The position numbers and the translations under genes are program-made. A stretch of 64,000 nt of DNA, from positions 1-64,000 of the forward strand of contig KZ538000.1 of assembly GCA_000934665.2 (NCBI GenBank). Direction: 5' to 3'. How positions within the stretch are numbered: the first letter of the stretch is position 1; each line of letters starts with the position of its first letter. Under the pieces are notes generated by a model. It had not been told where the DNA came from. It saw nothing but the letters and a program-made list of their open reading frames with translations, and did no database searches. Positions 26,014 to 38,687 of the stretch are shown here, piece by piece. This DNA is from Catajapyx aquilonaris (taxonomy: Eukaryota).

Positions 26014-28050
26014 GTAAGTCTGTAATTTTTTTGGAATAAACGTAACTGAAGAAAGCTTGTGTTTTGCAGGAAGTGGTGAAGCACACGAGGAACACCAGAT
26101 TCTTCGTAAAGCTGTTGAAGACGTTGAGTACTTATGTGCCTCCCCGACGGGACGAAGACAATCATTTCGCTGTTATCGCGGAGTTAACCAAGAGGATCTG
26201 CAGGAAACTATTGAAAGAGCCGATGGGAATGCCAATGGTCATCCTCCACGAATCTCTGAACAACATTGTGCACCAACTCCATCTGCAGGTGAGATTTTTA
26301 TTTTCATACAGATAGATCATGCTGCCCTCAAAACTGACCCCATAAGTTAATTATTATTACTGTACCCTGAGTACCTATCTGCTGATGATGGGCCTGTAAT
26401 AAGTTACTTACTCACAGTGGGATAGGGTTCTTAGTACACTTGTCCTCAATGAGCAGGGGGTGTCAACCTAACTGTAAGCAGAGTAGTAATCAAAAATTTT
26501 GTATTCCCCGGTTTATTAAAATTCCCCCCCCCCCCCCNCCCCCCCCGATGCCTTTATTTAAAAGATATAACAAATGAATTCATGAAATAAAAAAGTTTTT
26601 GGTCAAAATGACACCATCATGTCGCGAAAAGACTTCATATTTTATTCGATTAGGGCAGTAGAAATGATCTACTTGGAACCACTGCATCCGAGGTCAAGGG
26701 TTGGAGCTGTACACTTTTTATCATCGAAAAAAAAACGTCTCCTTGAACGGCCCTGTCAAGTGGAGGATCCAGGAACTTTTCGGGGGGGTGGGGGGTATAG
26801 GTGGGGCACGCCTCACGTGACTCGATATTATCGATATTAATACTATTATCTACCCGATATTAACGATACCATTTGTCACAATGGCGATTTTTCACTTTAG
26901 TTATCATCTGCTTACTGGAGCGATTTTGACCATTTGTTTCTAATTTTATTTTCCGATTTCATACAGTATATACTTTGACCAGCTGGGGGGGGGGGGCACG
27001 TGCCNCCCCCCCCCCCCCCCCCCATCGCCTCTGGCTCGGTCTGTCCGTCTGCGGATAGGTTTCGCGGCCTAAACCGCAAGAGATAGCGACAGATTCGAAT
27101 TAAGCGTAACCTAAATAGGTTTCATGGTCAACTTCCGGTGACCCGCCACTTCCGGTTTTCCGGGTTCAATCTATCCGCACACCCGCACAAGTCTACTTTT
27201 TGACTTTACGGACGGGTTATCGTTGGATTTCGAAATTATAGTTTCCGTGAATTAATGACCCTGTATGTCGGTGATTTACCAAGTGTATTACCTGGCGCTG
27301 TGGCACAGGGGCCGTGGAATTAATTCCTGACTTTGGACATGGTTGTGATCCTCGGCCGCCATGATGTTATCGCCTAGACGGCCAGACCGATACTGGATCG
27401 ATACGCTGCCTAGGCTAATACATCTCGGTATCGATGTATCGATTCACATGTTCATACTTGAAATAATGAGAAAAGGTCACATCGAATCACGCTCACTTGA
27501 TTTGTCCATCTTGTTACAATCCATACCTCTGGTCAACATGGACGCCTCTATTCAACCTAATATTAGAAGATAATAGGATACTGTTAGAGCTGGAATTATA
27601 ACTATTTTAGAACTGATGTCCGCTTAATAAACAGCTTAGTGCCAAATTTTTAATACGGTGTCTAATACAGGTCTGTATATTAATGTAACACAATCATATT
27701 TTCAGATGCATTAAATGTAACTACAAATATGTACAGTACTTTCGAAAAACAACGCACCTGCACAGTCATAGGGGTAAGCTGGTAAGGTCCAGTTTCCAGG
27801 CAACCCACCTAGAAAGTGTACCTTGCCGAAATTAATGTACAGATACGTTGTTTTTCTACAATACAACAGTATGCTGCATGAAATGTCAACATCTCAAGTA
27901 ACATTCTATTTGTTATGCCAAGACGTGTACTCTAAAGGGCGGTTTTAGTACTACAGTGTAGTTTTAGCCTGAAAGATCTGCCCATAGCGTGATAAGTTGC
28001 TCCGGGACAAAATGACGGAGGCGACCGACCTGACTTACTAATGCTAATCT

Positions 28051-28081
<31 letters not shown>

Positions 28082-30121
28082 TTTGGGATCCCCCTTGAGA
28101 CCAATTGGTCAATGCAGGGGGAGGAGATCTCCTCCATTTTTCTAACTTTACAATCTCACCGGTGCAGGGACAGGGAAGGGATAGGGAGGGAGGAACAAGG
28201 GTGCAGTGCATTGTCCTGTGGTGGGGGCCGTGTGCAGTCCCTCAGGGGGCCAAGCTTAGACACCCCTAGGCGCGGCCGGAAGTCCCCCACCGAACACCGC
28301 GCCTCCTCCAGGGCAGGGAAAGGAAGGAAGCGGCTGTGGCCTATTTAGCGGTACTATCCCGGGATTTCTTTGGGGTGACCTTGGAAAACCACAGAAAACG
28401 AAGGTCAGGACCGCCGGCCTCCGGGACTCGAACCCAGGACCTCCCGATTAGCAGTCGGACACCATATCCACTACACCACTACTGCTTCGGTTACTAATGC
28501 TAATCTACCAATGTGGTTGATGCATGGTGCTTAATAGTTTTTGTCCAGAGATTATCAGAAGGCTGCACTAATGAGTAATGTTTTACTAGAAATTCCTCGC
28601 CCTTTGGCTTATTTTATTAACAAGTGGCTTGTCGCTTAGTTTCTTGCAGTTTCCCAGGGTAACGTTAGTTCTCTGCCCGGCCATTACGTGTCACCTTTTG
28701 ACCCCAGTAGCTGTCCCTTCCCATTTCACAGATATAAGTTCAGTGACACGGGCAAGTATTATGCCACACTCCCACACAATAGCACCTATATGAGAAATCA
28801 CAATTTTATTCGTAGGTCTTCCATTATAATAATGACCTAAGTGACATCCGGTATATTTCGTGCCACTGTATGCCCATCTTGTAAAAATATCTTGTCACCT
28901 TTTACAGGGCAAGATTCGACTAGCCTTCAAGGTAGCTGCGATCCTGCATCATGCCAGATACACCCGCCAGCAGAATTCGCATCCCAAAATCGTGGCCTTG
29001 AATCAACGGTCCCATCTGTTGCTGTCCACACTTTACAAGGCCATTTCCACTCCAGCACAGAACGGAATAACCCCAGCCACGGTGCAAATCATCCGCGTAA
29101 CAACACTCCGATTCTGCTTTGTCTCGCTGCAGTACAACTACCAATGGTTGCAGAAAGTCGATGACACACTGAAAACATGTGTGCTGGGACCCATTGACTA
29201 CCTAACCAATAACTTGATGAACGTTCTTTTTGAGGTGGCTATGTCAGTCTCCGTTCATGTCATAATGATTGACAAACATGACGCAGTGGTGGTTCCATGG
29301 TTGGCCATGGCTATTCCTAAATGGCTGGCCATCATGGCCTTAACCTGTCCTTTTACACACCCTAAAGTACAGATGATGCGCTATTCTATGGCAGTGAGGA
29401 GGGAAATCTTCAGCAACCACCTATTCATCAAATGCGAGATGGATATCCGCTTCAACAAGGAATGCAGCGTGATCGGGGAAATCTTCGAATTTTATTTGCG
29501 GTATGGCCTGGACCAGCTAAGGAGCGTTCTTCGCTACAATCATTTGGTCTGGGAGATACAGGATGATACTCCTGCTTTCGCAATGCTTGATGTCGCTGCT
29601 CGTCACATGAGCATGCCTGCTGGCTCGCATCTTTTGGCCATTCCTGGCGTTCATAGGCAGCTGGTGAAGATGATGACCACCCTCATCGAAGTCTTGACAC
29701 CTTTTACACCAGCAAGAGGCGTTACACAGCTTGAAAGTCGCTTGGAGGTCCGAGTTAGCCGTGTGAACGTTTTGGTGCAGCGAATTGTAGCCGGCAATCT
29801 CAATGATATCAACTGGCCTGATTTTATGACTGCTATCATCAACTTCTGCAAGCGCATTGAGATGTGGCTGGACGCCATTCTGCCGGTAACTGACCAACAT
29901 TTCAAAATCTGGGGAATGATGAGTGAGTATAGAGATTGAATATTAATTGTAACATTGGGTTTATACACGTTTCTGATTTGGCAATTCAATTTTCAGTGCA
30001 TGTTATCAACTGGGCACAGGACAGCGCTTTGAAGAAGGGGGGGATCATTCGCGTGAAGGAGCTCATGGAAATTTCGCGATATTTTTACACAAAGATGTCG
30101 CGTCATAACAGATTCTACTGA
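25927..30121 (+). CDS. Gene B: uncharacterised protein, paralog of gene A; 481 aa as assembled (506 aa, ending at 30265, if a 1-nt deletion in exon 4 is corrected)
   Basis: Exons 25927-26013, 26070-26288, 28908-29922, 29997-30126 and 30197-30265 have GT-AG sites at the same protein positions as gene A. A TGA at 30119-30121 lies 5 nt before the last donor. Confidence 0.85.
26070..26288 (+). CDS. Gene B coding exon 2
   Basis: ttttgcag acceptor after a 56-nt intron; 73 open codons; gtgaga donor at 26289; homologous to gene A exon 2. Confidence 0.85.
28051..28490 (-). mobile_element. tRNA-derived SINE, family 3, with (AAAT)n tail, in gene B intron 2
   Basis: Minus-strand A box TGGTGTAGTGG and B box GGTTCGAGTCC; perfect 16-bp TSD ttactaatgctaatct at 28035-28050 and 28491-28506. 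Confidence 0.92.
28908..29922 (+). CDS. Gene B coding exon 3 (large exon)
   Basis: cttttacag acceptor inside the 359-aa ORF (GKIRLAFKVA vs GTPMFACQVA in gene A); gtgagt donor at 29923, phase 1. Confidence 0.93.
29997..30121 (+). CDS. Gene B coding exon 4 up to the in-frame TGA (exon continues to the donor after 30126)
   Basis: ttttcag acceptor, phase 1; homologous to gene A exon 4; gtaagatt donor at 30127 identical to that of gene A. Confidence 0.8.
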
Positions 30122-30196
30122 GAAATGTAAGATTTTCTTGTCATTTAACATCCCCATCTTTTTAGACTTACATTAATGTTAATCATGTTATTGCAG

Positions 30197-30265
30197 GTTC
30201 TCTACACAGGAGCTTCCAGTCGGGCCTTCAACTGCGAAGCCATCTGTTCTCAGGACATGGATTGA
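30197..30265 (+). CDS. Gene B exon 5 frame (VLYTGASSRAFNCEAICSQDMD*), reached only if the exon-4 frameshift is an error
   Basis: ttgcag acceptor after a 70-nt intron; the phase-0 reading resembles gene A exon 5. Confidence 0.45.
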   Translation, partial: VLYTGASSRAFNCEAICSQDMD

Positions 30266-30414
30266 AGGAAGGGTTTAGTTTTAGTGATTCGGTTGAAAAG
30301 GGAATGTTAATTGTCAAAATGATCATGTTTTACATGCCAAGGGATTCAGCAATGAGAACATTGCAATGTTCATGATATTTCTAATGATATTTAGTCTCAA
30401 CATAGCGGTATTTT

Positions 30415-31097
30415 TATCAGGCAGAAATCAAGAAATGATTATGATGATAATGAGTGTTTCAACACTTCATAAATGGGCATGTTACGTGATGGAAGGGTGT
30501 CTGATGATAAGTTGTTTTTTCTGAGCACTATTATCAGGCAGAAATCAAGATATGATTATGATGATAATGAGTGTTTCAACACTTCATAAATGGGCATGTT
30601 ACGTGATGGAAGGGTGTCTGATGATAAGTTGTTTTTTCTGAGCAATATTATCAGGCAGAAATCAAGATATGATTATGATGATAATGAGTGTTTCAACACT
30701 TCATAAATGGGCATGTTACATGATGGAAGGGTGTCTGATAAGTTTTTTTTCTGAGCAATAGGCATAAATCAAGAAATGATTATGATGATAATGAGTGTTT
30801 CAACACTTCATAAATGGGCATGTTACGTGATGGAAGGGTGTCTGATGATAAGTTGTTTTTTTTCTGAGCAATATTTTTATCAGACAGAAATCAAGATCTG
30901 ATTATGATGATAATGAGTGTTTCAACACTTCATAAATTGGCATGTTATGTTATGGAAGGGTGCCTGATGAAAAGCTTTTTTTCTGAGCAATAGGCATAAA
31001 TCAAGAAATGATTATGATGATAATGAGTGTTTCAACACCTCATAAATGGGCATGTTACGTGATGGAAGTGTGCCTGATGAAAAGTTTTTCTGAACAA
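30415..31097. repeat. Tandem array of ~6 units of ~111-118 bp downstream of gene B
   Basis: Unit aaatcaagaaatgattatgatgataatgagtgtttcaacacttcataaatgggcatgttacgtgatggaagggtgtctgatgataagttgttttttctgagc repeated with few substitutions. Confidence 0.95.
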
Positions 31098-34000
31098 TGT
31101 TTTAGATCAAGTATTTATTGCCATATTTTGATATTACCAACTTTGAGGCAATTACATTCGAACGTTCCCCTTTTTTCACACAACATACTATGCCCTTAGT
31201 ACGTAAATTATTGGGGCTACACTAAAGGGCGATATTTTTTTTTTTAAAGAGAGAGATGATGTTCTAAATTTTGTGGGGGCTTCCATTCCATCAAAAGAGA
31301 ACACTGAGAAGGAATCTTGTGCTGAATAACAAACTCTGTCCCTTGCGGGACCATGGAGAATGGAATGAAGGGGATATCCATATACACTATACAGTATGAA
31401 TTCAGATCAAAATATTTTGTCAGTTTTTTCGTTTGGAAGAAGGATGCCACCTGAAATGCATTCAAATTTTCTAGAGATATGAATTGAGCCACAATTTACG
31501 TGGACATTTCATTGGATTATTTTCAATTAGGCAAAAAGGGGGCTTTGAATTTAATTTTCATGAAGGTTGATGGCAAGGGTTTTAACAGGGTTTTTAAGAA
31601 ATAGTGTGTTTATCCAGTTTTCATTACTATCTTACTGTTGTGATTTGCAGTTGCGATTTATGATAGTTTTATTTGCAGACCAATTTACATCTCTTACATT
31701 TGTAAAACTGCGGGGATTCAGTTACATAATTTTTCGATTTCCTGATGTAACTTGATAATTTTTCTTCCAAAAGATGACATGTTATGGCGATTAACTATAC
31801 AAATGATACCGGTGATTTTTATGCCATTCAAAAACCCGCCTTCTTACGTAAGAGTTGTGTTTGCACTACCAAAACTGCAATAAGGGTAAATTAAGATTTT
31901 AATGAGCTCAATTTAAGGATTGATAGAACATTAGCTGAAGTCCAACAGGGCATGGTCAACACTAAATACAATAATTACAGGTAGCCTCCTTTTTACAATT
32001 GGGGTTAGGTTCCAGCAAAACAGAATTCGTAAAACGAAACACAATAAAACGACATCAAAATGTAATGTAATTGAATGGGACCGTTCCAAATTTTCCCCAT
32101 GAACACTACTAATACTGGTACTTAATATATTTTTCATGCTAAGTATTTGAAACACAAGTTTAATTGGAGGTTGCAGGTTGAAGGCCATTGGGTCCAGATT
32201 TTCCTTGTTTGGCAAAAACTCCAGTACAAGTAGTGTATTATATGGGTATAGTACTTCGTGGAGTGCAGAGACCAATAACGCAGTATACCGTACTCTATGT
32301 ATATCTATACACTCTGACATAATGGACCAGGAAAAAGAAAGAAATTGCGATTGCGTGATTGGACTTACAGGCATTGCAGCAATATGTAACTGTCTGGATT
32401 TTTAAAAAATCAATTTATTTCAAATATTTCATTGTTAGGTAATTTTGAAAAGGTCGTTAATGTTAAACGTCGTAAAATGGACCATTGTAAAACACGGGCT
32501 ACCTGTACTGATATTACTAACATCATACTCCATATAAACCTGAAAGGGGCATTTCAAAATTAAGTGATTTTATTATGAAAATTATCTGAACTTCAGCCAT
32601 TGTTTCGGTCAGTCATTTATCTTTCGTTTCCTTAATACAAGTATTACTCAACTCATGGTTTGGTTTGAATGTTGCTTAGGCCGTGTTATACCACGACAGG
32701 TATAGTCTACCGATTGTCTAAGACTCTCGAGTCTAGACTGTCTGGAGGATATCGTTAATTGTCGGTTAGTTGTTGCCAACTACTATACTGATACCAATCC
32801 TTTGGACGTTCGTAGATGATCGAACTTCGATGCGGTGAAACCAAGCCTTGTTAAGTCCAACTGGGCTGGCAAAAAGTGGTTAGAAGAGTGACGTAGCCAA
32901 GGAGGCGCCTATCAGCTTCTTTTCTCGAAAGTGTCATTATTTACTATGGCAGATTGTCAAGCGTAAAAAATATCAGATAAAAAAGGGATCAGAATGTTAG
33001 GAGAAGGTTTAGAAAGAGGCCTTAAGAGTATCAATCTCTCCGAAGAGCAATTTTGGCAGCGTCAGTGTTATTGGGGTAGGAAAATGAATAACCACAGGAT
33101 CCATAGCCTAAGCCATGTATTTAATCATTCGTTTAATAAATAAAAGGGTTATAAAAAGTATAACATCCTGTACTATCTCCTCAATCTTCCACTTAACCTG
33201 ACTTTTGTATTCCAGATAATTATAGGCCTACTGTTGAAATATGCATTCTAAGCTTCCTTTGGTTTTTCAGCATTCTAAAAAAAGTTATGGCTACAACCTA
33301 TGAAGGGTTTGGAAGCAGATTTGCCAATAGGTAGGCCTACTGCTCAAAATATAGGCCCACAGTAGATCAATAAGCTAAAGCAGCAAGTAATATGGAAAAG
33401 ATACGAACAAAAATATCAAACCAAAATGGGCTAAGCTTGGTTATTATTGAGCAGTTAATTTTATCGATTATTTAAAAAATAAGCTGCTGATATTTTGTCG
33501 AATAATTGCACTCCTTTACACCTTTAGGCCTTGACCTGCTATTTTCTGAGCGAGTAACCCTACTTTATCAATTAGCACCTAAGGTCAATAACAGCAATGT
33601 TATTTTTAAAAACCCTTTGCACATAGTGATAAGGTCATTTTTATTATTATTATGTATTATTTACTGGTCAACATGACCTTTTTCGGTAGTATGGTATAAT
33701 ATACTCACAAGACTCTCTGGCATAAGTTGAAAAGGATTCATTCGTTCGGGGCAAAATTAGTAGATAATATTTTAGATACCTTCTAAAAGTAGGTGTTCCA
33801 TAGTAACTTATTCATTATAAACATCTTATTGCGAAAAAGACTGCTAAACACCTGATAATTCAGCTGGATCTCACTCCATTAAAGTTTTGCTTTAATAAGC
33901 TATCGCAAAATAATGTCAGACGTTTGATAATTTCCTAAGTCACACAACAAAAAATGAAGAATTATTGGGCGTGTACAACACATCTTTTTATCCGGCATAC

Positions 34001-34948
34001 CAGGATGTCTGTGTCAAAGTGTGTGCTTTACAACAAAAGCTGTCATAATAGTTCCAGATCTTTGACAGCATATCCTTTCCAGAGATGCACTCAGCTCTGC
34101 GAGACTTACAATACAAGGGCGGTTCAATACATACGATTCTTGGGATCTTGCAAATGGGTAACAATTTATTTCCAGAGAAGAGCTGTACTATACCGTACAG
34201 TATCACTTTGCACAAACCACTAGAAAAGGAATGGTAGCAACCCGTAATCACATCTGGAACACCCCCTGCGCCGTAGTATGAACTCTTAACCACCAGATCA
34301 GCAGGATGCCTCGGCGTCTCAATATAGAATTCCGCTTGACTGATGCAAAGCATACCATCACTATATTGTCACCAATCCCGCTTCCGATGTTCCGTTGAAT
34401 ACTCCCTTCAACCCTTTGAGAGTCTAAAACCACAAGCCATTCCCAAAGGGATATCGGTTTTTGATGAAGAACCTTGAAAATGATTACTGATGATCTATAG
34501 ATAATGCAGGAATTCAGACCCCCTTGCTTGTTCGTGTTTTTTATGCAAATCTTATGCTGCGGGGGGCGTTCTCAATCCTCATCCCACATGATTGCGTTGT
34601 TACATTTCCACTTGACACATCCCACTCTCTCACATTCTCATATCCGTGGATCTTATTTATCCCTTATACATCAATATTGCTACATTCTTAATGTGGCAAA
34701 AATTAAAGTACAGCTTTGAGACTTGGTACTGCTGGCTGTCATTCGGTTAATACAGTATGCTGTACTTATAGGCTATACAGGGTGTTTCTCTGCCCAAGTT
34801 GACGAGCCAAAGAGAGGAGACGGGGAAGAGTTAATGGATCGGTAACTCCTGCTGGTTCTCACTCTCACTCTATAGTCCAGACTCGACACAAAGTTTGAAC
34901 TCCCTTTATTTATTTATTTTTGCATCACACCGACTGCTTCGTTTTATA

Positions 34949-35274
34949 CAGGGTGTCTCATCTTTTTTGTCCGAACAGTTATCGGAAAATTGCGCGTAGC
35001 TGCTACTTTTTAAGCAGTGACTTGTAAACGGTGATTTTTCGGAGGAACGGGGAATATTCCCTGCGAATCGTAGGTTGAAGTGGCATACGTGCTGCCCGCT
35101 GAAAATTGAGGGTCAAGCCTGGAAAAAAGAGGGTCACACATGCCATGGGATGTGTGACCCTCTTTTTCCCTATCATTCATCCGACAAATCACCGGTTGCA
35201 AGTCACTGCTTAAAAAGTAGCAGATACGCGCAATTTTCCGATAACTGTTCGGACAAAAAAGATGAGACACCCGG
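34949..35274. mobile_element. Tc1/mariner-type MITE (~90-bp TIRs, TA TSD) with an internal hairpin at 35121-35169
   Basis: ta|cagggtgtctcatcttttttgtccgaacag ... ctgttcggacaaaaaagatgagacacccgg|ta. Confidence 0.85.
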
Positions 35275-35975
35275 TATATCTCCATGCGCTGATTATTACA
35301 TTAACACCAACCCGTTCCAACTCTTCGGATCATCAGCTTGGGCAGAGAACTAACCTGCAACTAACCTAAACTTGCATTATTAAAGAGCATGTCAACAGAC
35401 GCTAACTCTGCCTTCCACAGGGTCACAGATTATATTTCAGACGCCTACTCAGAACTACGTCTTCAAATTATAGGTCCGTGTGAAATGAAAGCTGTTTTTC
35501 TCATCATTTCTCTTCTCATTATTATCCCCATAATCCTGTCAGCATTCCAGGAAAGTGGAATCCGTGAGGCGAGGTTCACGGTGTGTGAACCGCAGTTTGG
35601 GAAGATCTCAACATCTCCGAGAAAGAGCAAAAACATATAGCATTGCACCATATTTCATCTTAAAAATTAACCTTTGCAGAGTGTAATCAGTTAACTACGC
35701 CAAGTCTACCTGACTCTACTAACGAACGAAAATGGTGGGTGAAGGTCATTCAAATGTTAGTGGGATACACCCCAAATGTTTGGTCGCAAATTGCACGCGT
35801 TCCATCATTCAGACGTCTTAATATAACGACGGCCATATATCAGGAACTGCACTACCCTGCCTCCTACGTTCCGGTATGTCATCGTTGCACATAGACCCGA
35901 CACAAGTCCCCGGAGACTTATACAAAACGACAGCAACGCACTTCATCAAACACACTCTAGAGAATAACTTCCAAA

Positions 35976-36047
35976 TGGTTCCACCGAGATTTGAACTCGG
36001 ACCGCTGAACTGTTAGTCCAGAGTGCTTCCGGTTACACCATAGAACC
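35976..36047 (-). tRNA. tRNA gene or tRNA-like element: tRNA-Gln-type body with anticodon AAC (Val)
   Basis: Minus strand GGTTCTA TG GTGT AACCGGAA GCAC T CTGGA CTAACAG TTCAG CGGT CCGAG TTCAAAT CTCGG TGGAACC A (72 nt) folds into a full cloverleaf with A and B boxes. The body closely follows canonical animal tRNA-Gln. Only TTT follows, so functional status is uncertain. Confidence 0.65.
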
Positions 36048-38687
36048 GTCCAGGAAATTAATCTGCCTTCTGCCCACTAAAATATGTCATTCTACAGCCT
36101 TCGCTAATAAACTTTGGGACAAGCCGTCGTAAATTATTATCTTAAACCGCAGCCATGCTCTTACGGGCCACTGGTAATTAATTTGCACATCCAAATTGCG
36201 GCCAAGTGAGGTTGCACACAGGGTTTTTGCCGCTGACAGTAAAGCTATCAAACTTAGCTCCTGCCAAAACCACGCTACCGCAAAGCAGGTCCAGTATTTT
36301 GGTTGCAGATTTTTAACTCAATAGCGAGCAAGGGTGGTAATAAATATTCTTATCACTCTTTTTCAAACACACATTGGTTGACGTTGATGAATGCCGTATC
36401 AAGTTGAGGCTGAAATGCGCGTATGGGGACATTATTCCGGGGCAATGATTCTACGTGCTCTCAGTGTCAGTCTGTGCAGTATACCTTTTTTAATTGAACG
36501 TGGAGCCAAGGTTTGGGTGCATAGTTTTATGACAAAGCCATTGAATTGTGTTGCTTAATATTTGAAGCGAGCGATTTGAAGCAACATGTGCCTGGTTATG
36601 AAATATATGAACTGCTGAACGTATACGACAGACAAAAACTGATATATGAATGTTGACGTGTGAAAGAGAACAATCAACAAGCTTGCATTTAAATCCTTCC
36701 GTACACGTTCGTGTGAGCAATGATTGCTCGTGTGGGATGGCATCTTCATAGGATCGATATGACGTAATGTCTATTCGCATAGTTACCGCCTTACCGTGTA
36801 TAGGCGACTGATTAGATGCCAACATTTATTGACATATTTCACTCCCAATACAAAAGATTCAATAGTTAAACGCACTTTCATGTTAATAATTATTTTATAA
36901 TATATCTGCTGACTTTGCATGTTATTTTAGTTCAACGTAAATGTGAAGGTCATAATTAGCGTGGAAATGGAATAATATGGAATTTGCCAAATTAGTCAAT
37001 AATTATTTCATTATAACATATTTTGAGTCAAGCATTTCTCATGCAAGTCTGTGTGCTTTCATTTTTCTCTCGTTAAGGTTGATTTTGGCAGGTATTAAGG
37101 CTAGAGAGCTCGGGTCCTTCAAAGACGCGCATTTAAAGTTTAAAGTACGTATAATTCACAAAGCCACATCCTTTTGACAAGTGAATACTCGGAAGTTCGA
37201 TTATACACATGAAAACATGCCTCTATGGCCAAATTTACTTGGTAAAAAGAAGTGTGAATGGGTCTTTACACTATCTCACTTTATTCATCGAAGAGGGAAC
37301 ACGATGGCAGGGTCTGACTAGACTATGCAGCCTGCAGACTATCGGGAATTCTGCCCACATATATTCAGTGAACAGGAACATGACGGCCTTCGATGGATTT
37401 TTCCCGGGCCTGCTTTAGCAACAGTCTCCTTCTCTGGAATTCCGAGGGAGCTTCTAGTCCATTTTGCCCTCGGCTTAAACTTAATTACGAGTATCATTTG
37501 CAATCAAGATAATCTCTACAGGTACCGTATATGTGCGTACGTTACCATAAGTAAATCGAGTAAATCGGTAATCGTGAGATTTGAAAATGCTCCTAAATTG
37601 CAATAAAGATGAGTGTTTTCAATAGTAAAAAGAATTAGTAGCCATCAAGTTCCTGTTCACAAAATACTCCGCTCCAACAAAACCGAGCACACATGCAAAT
37701 CCACGCATGAGTGAGAACTATTGGCGAGAAGACAACAATTTCTCTCTTCCCAACATTCCATTGAGTAAGTTTTAAAAATTTCGCAAGTAATAATTAGAAA
37801 TATGATAACTTTCCATATAATATTGTACAAGAATTTTCAATTAAATCCTGCACTTAAGCGAATGACCCTAAACTTCCAAACATGATACGATTACACAGTC
37901 ACATGGGAGAGGACTGCTAACTCATCATTAATAATACACCCTTTGAAGCTTTACACCAGAACAAATGATTAATTTTCATGTCACCAGTAGTACTGTAATA
38001 ATCAGGTTTTAGAGTCCTTCGTGCCGCAAGCAAGACGCAGTTCCTCTGACATAATACCCGTATAACTCAGCATTTGCCGTATGCATCCCAACCCAAATCT
38101 CCATCTCATGCACGTCGCATCTCTCTCGCTCTGCCATTCCCGTATCCCATCTGCCCACCACCTCCCTGACAACTACCACGCGTCGTTCCTTATTCCAACA
38201 AGCTTGCCACGTAGGCCCTACAGTATAACTTGCAAGCATGAATAATCGTCAAACATAATGCAGTGTCTGCAAATGTATTTAAAGCAAAGCCCGCAATAAG
38301 CTGAGCATGACAAATAGTTACACACGTACCTGTATATGACTTGTGAGACATCTTGTATCTCGTCCATCTATAATTTTACAGCCACTAAATGTGTATTTTT
38401 ACGAAAGGTTTTTAGCAGGTGCAACTTTGTTTCAAGTAATGGTTGGAATAGGGATCAAAATCTCATAATTCATCTGTGCACTATTCAAATGCCATTGGTC
38501 TCAGAAACTTGTAAAGTTCTTTTAGAAGTAGCCTAAACGTTTAAAACAAGTTTCAGACAAAGTAATCCTAGTGCTCTGTAACCGTTTACCATTCTAGCAA
38601 GGAGAAAGTTCGGCAGAAAATGCATCTTCACCTTCCTAGAGTTCTGACCAGCCCCCGGACACTTATACTACAGTGTACATTATGATG

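Noticed and set aside
27022..27430. Possible Helentron/DINE-like remnant (gtctgtccgtct motif, short hairpins)
   Set aside because: Too few diagnostic features to define ends or family.
25489..27647. Inverted tttggcactaagctg motifs bracketing gene B exons 1-2, suggesting exon capture by a transposon
   Set aside because: Only ~15 bp, no TSD, the same motif occurs in the old element at 61.1-61.8 kb, and gene A has the same exons without it. Independent remnants are more likely.
30415..31097. CRISPR-like array
   Set aside because: Whole units repeat with no unique spacers, no cas genes are present, and the context is eukaryotic.
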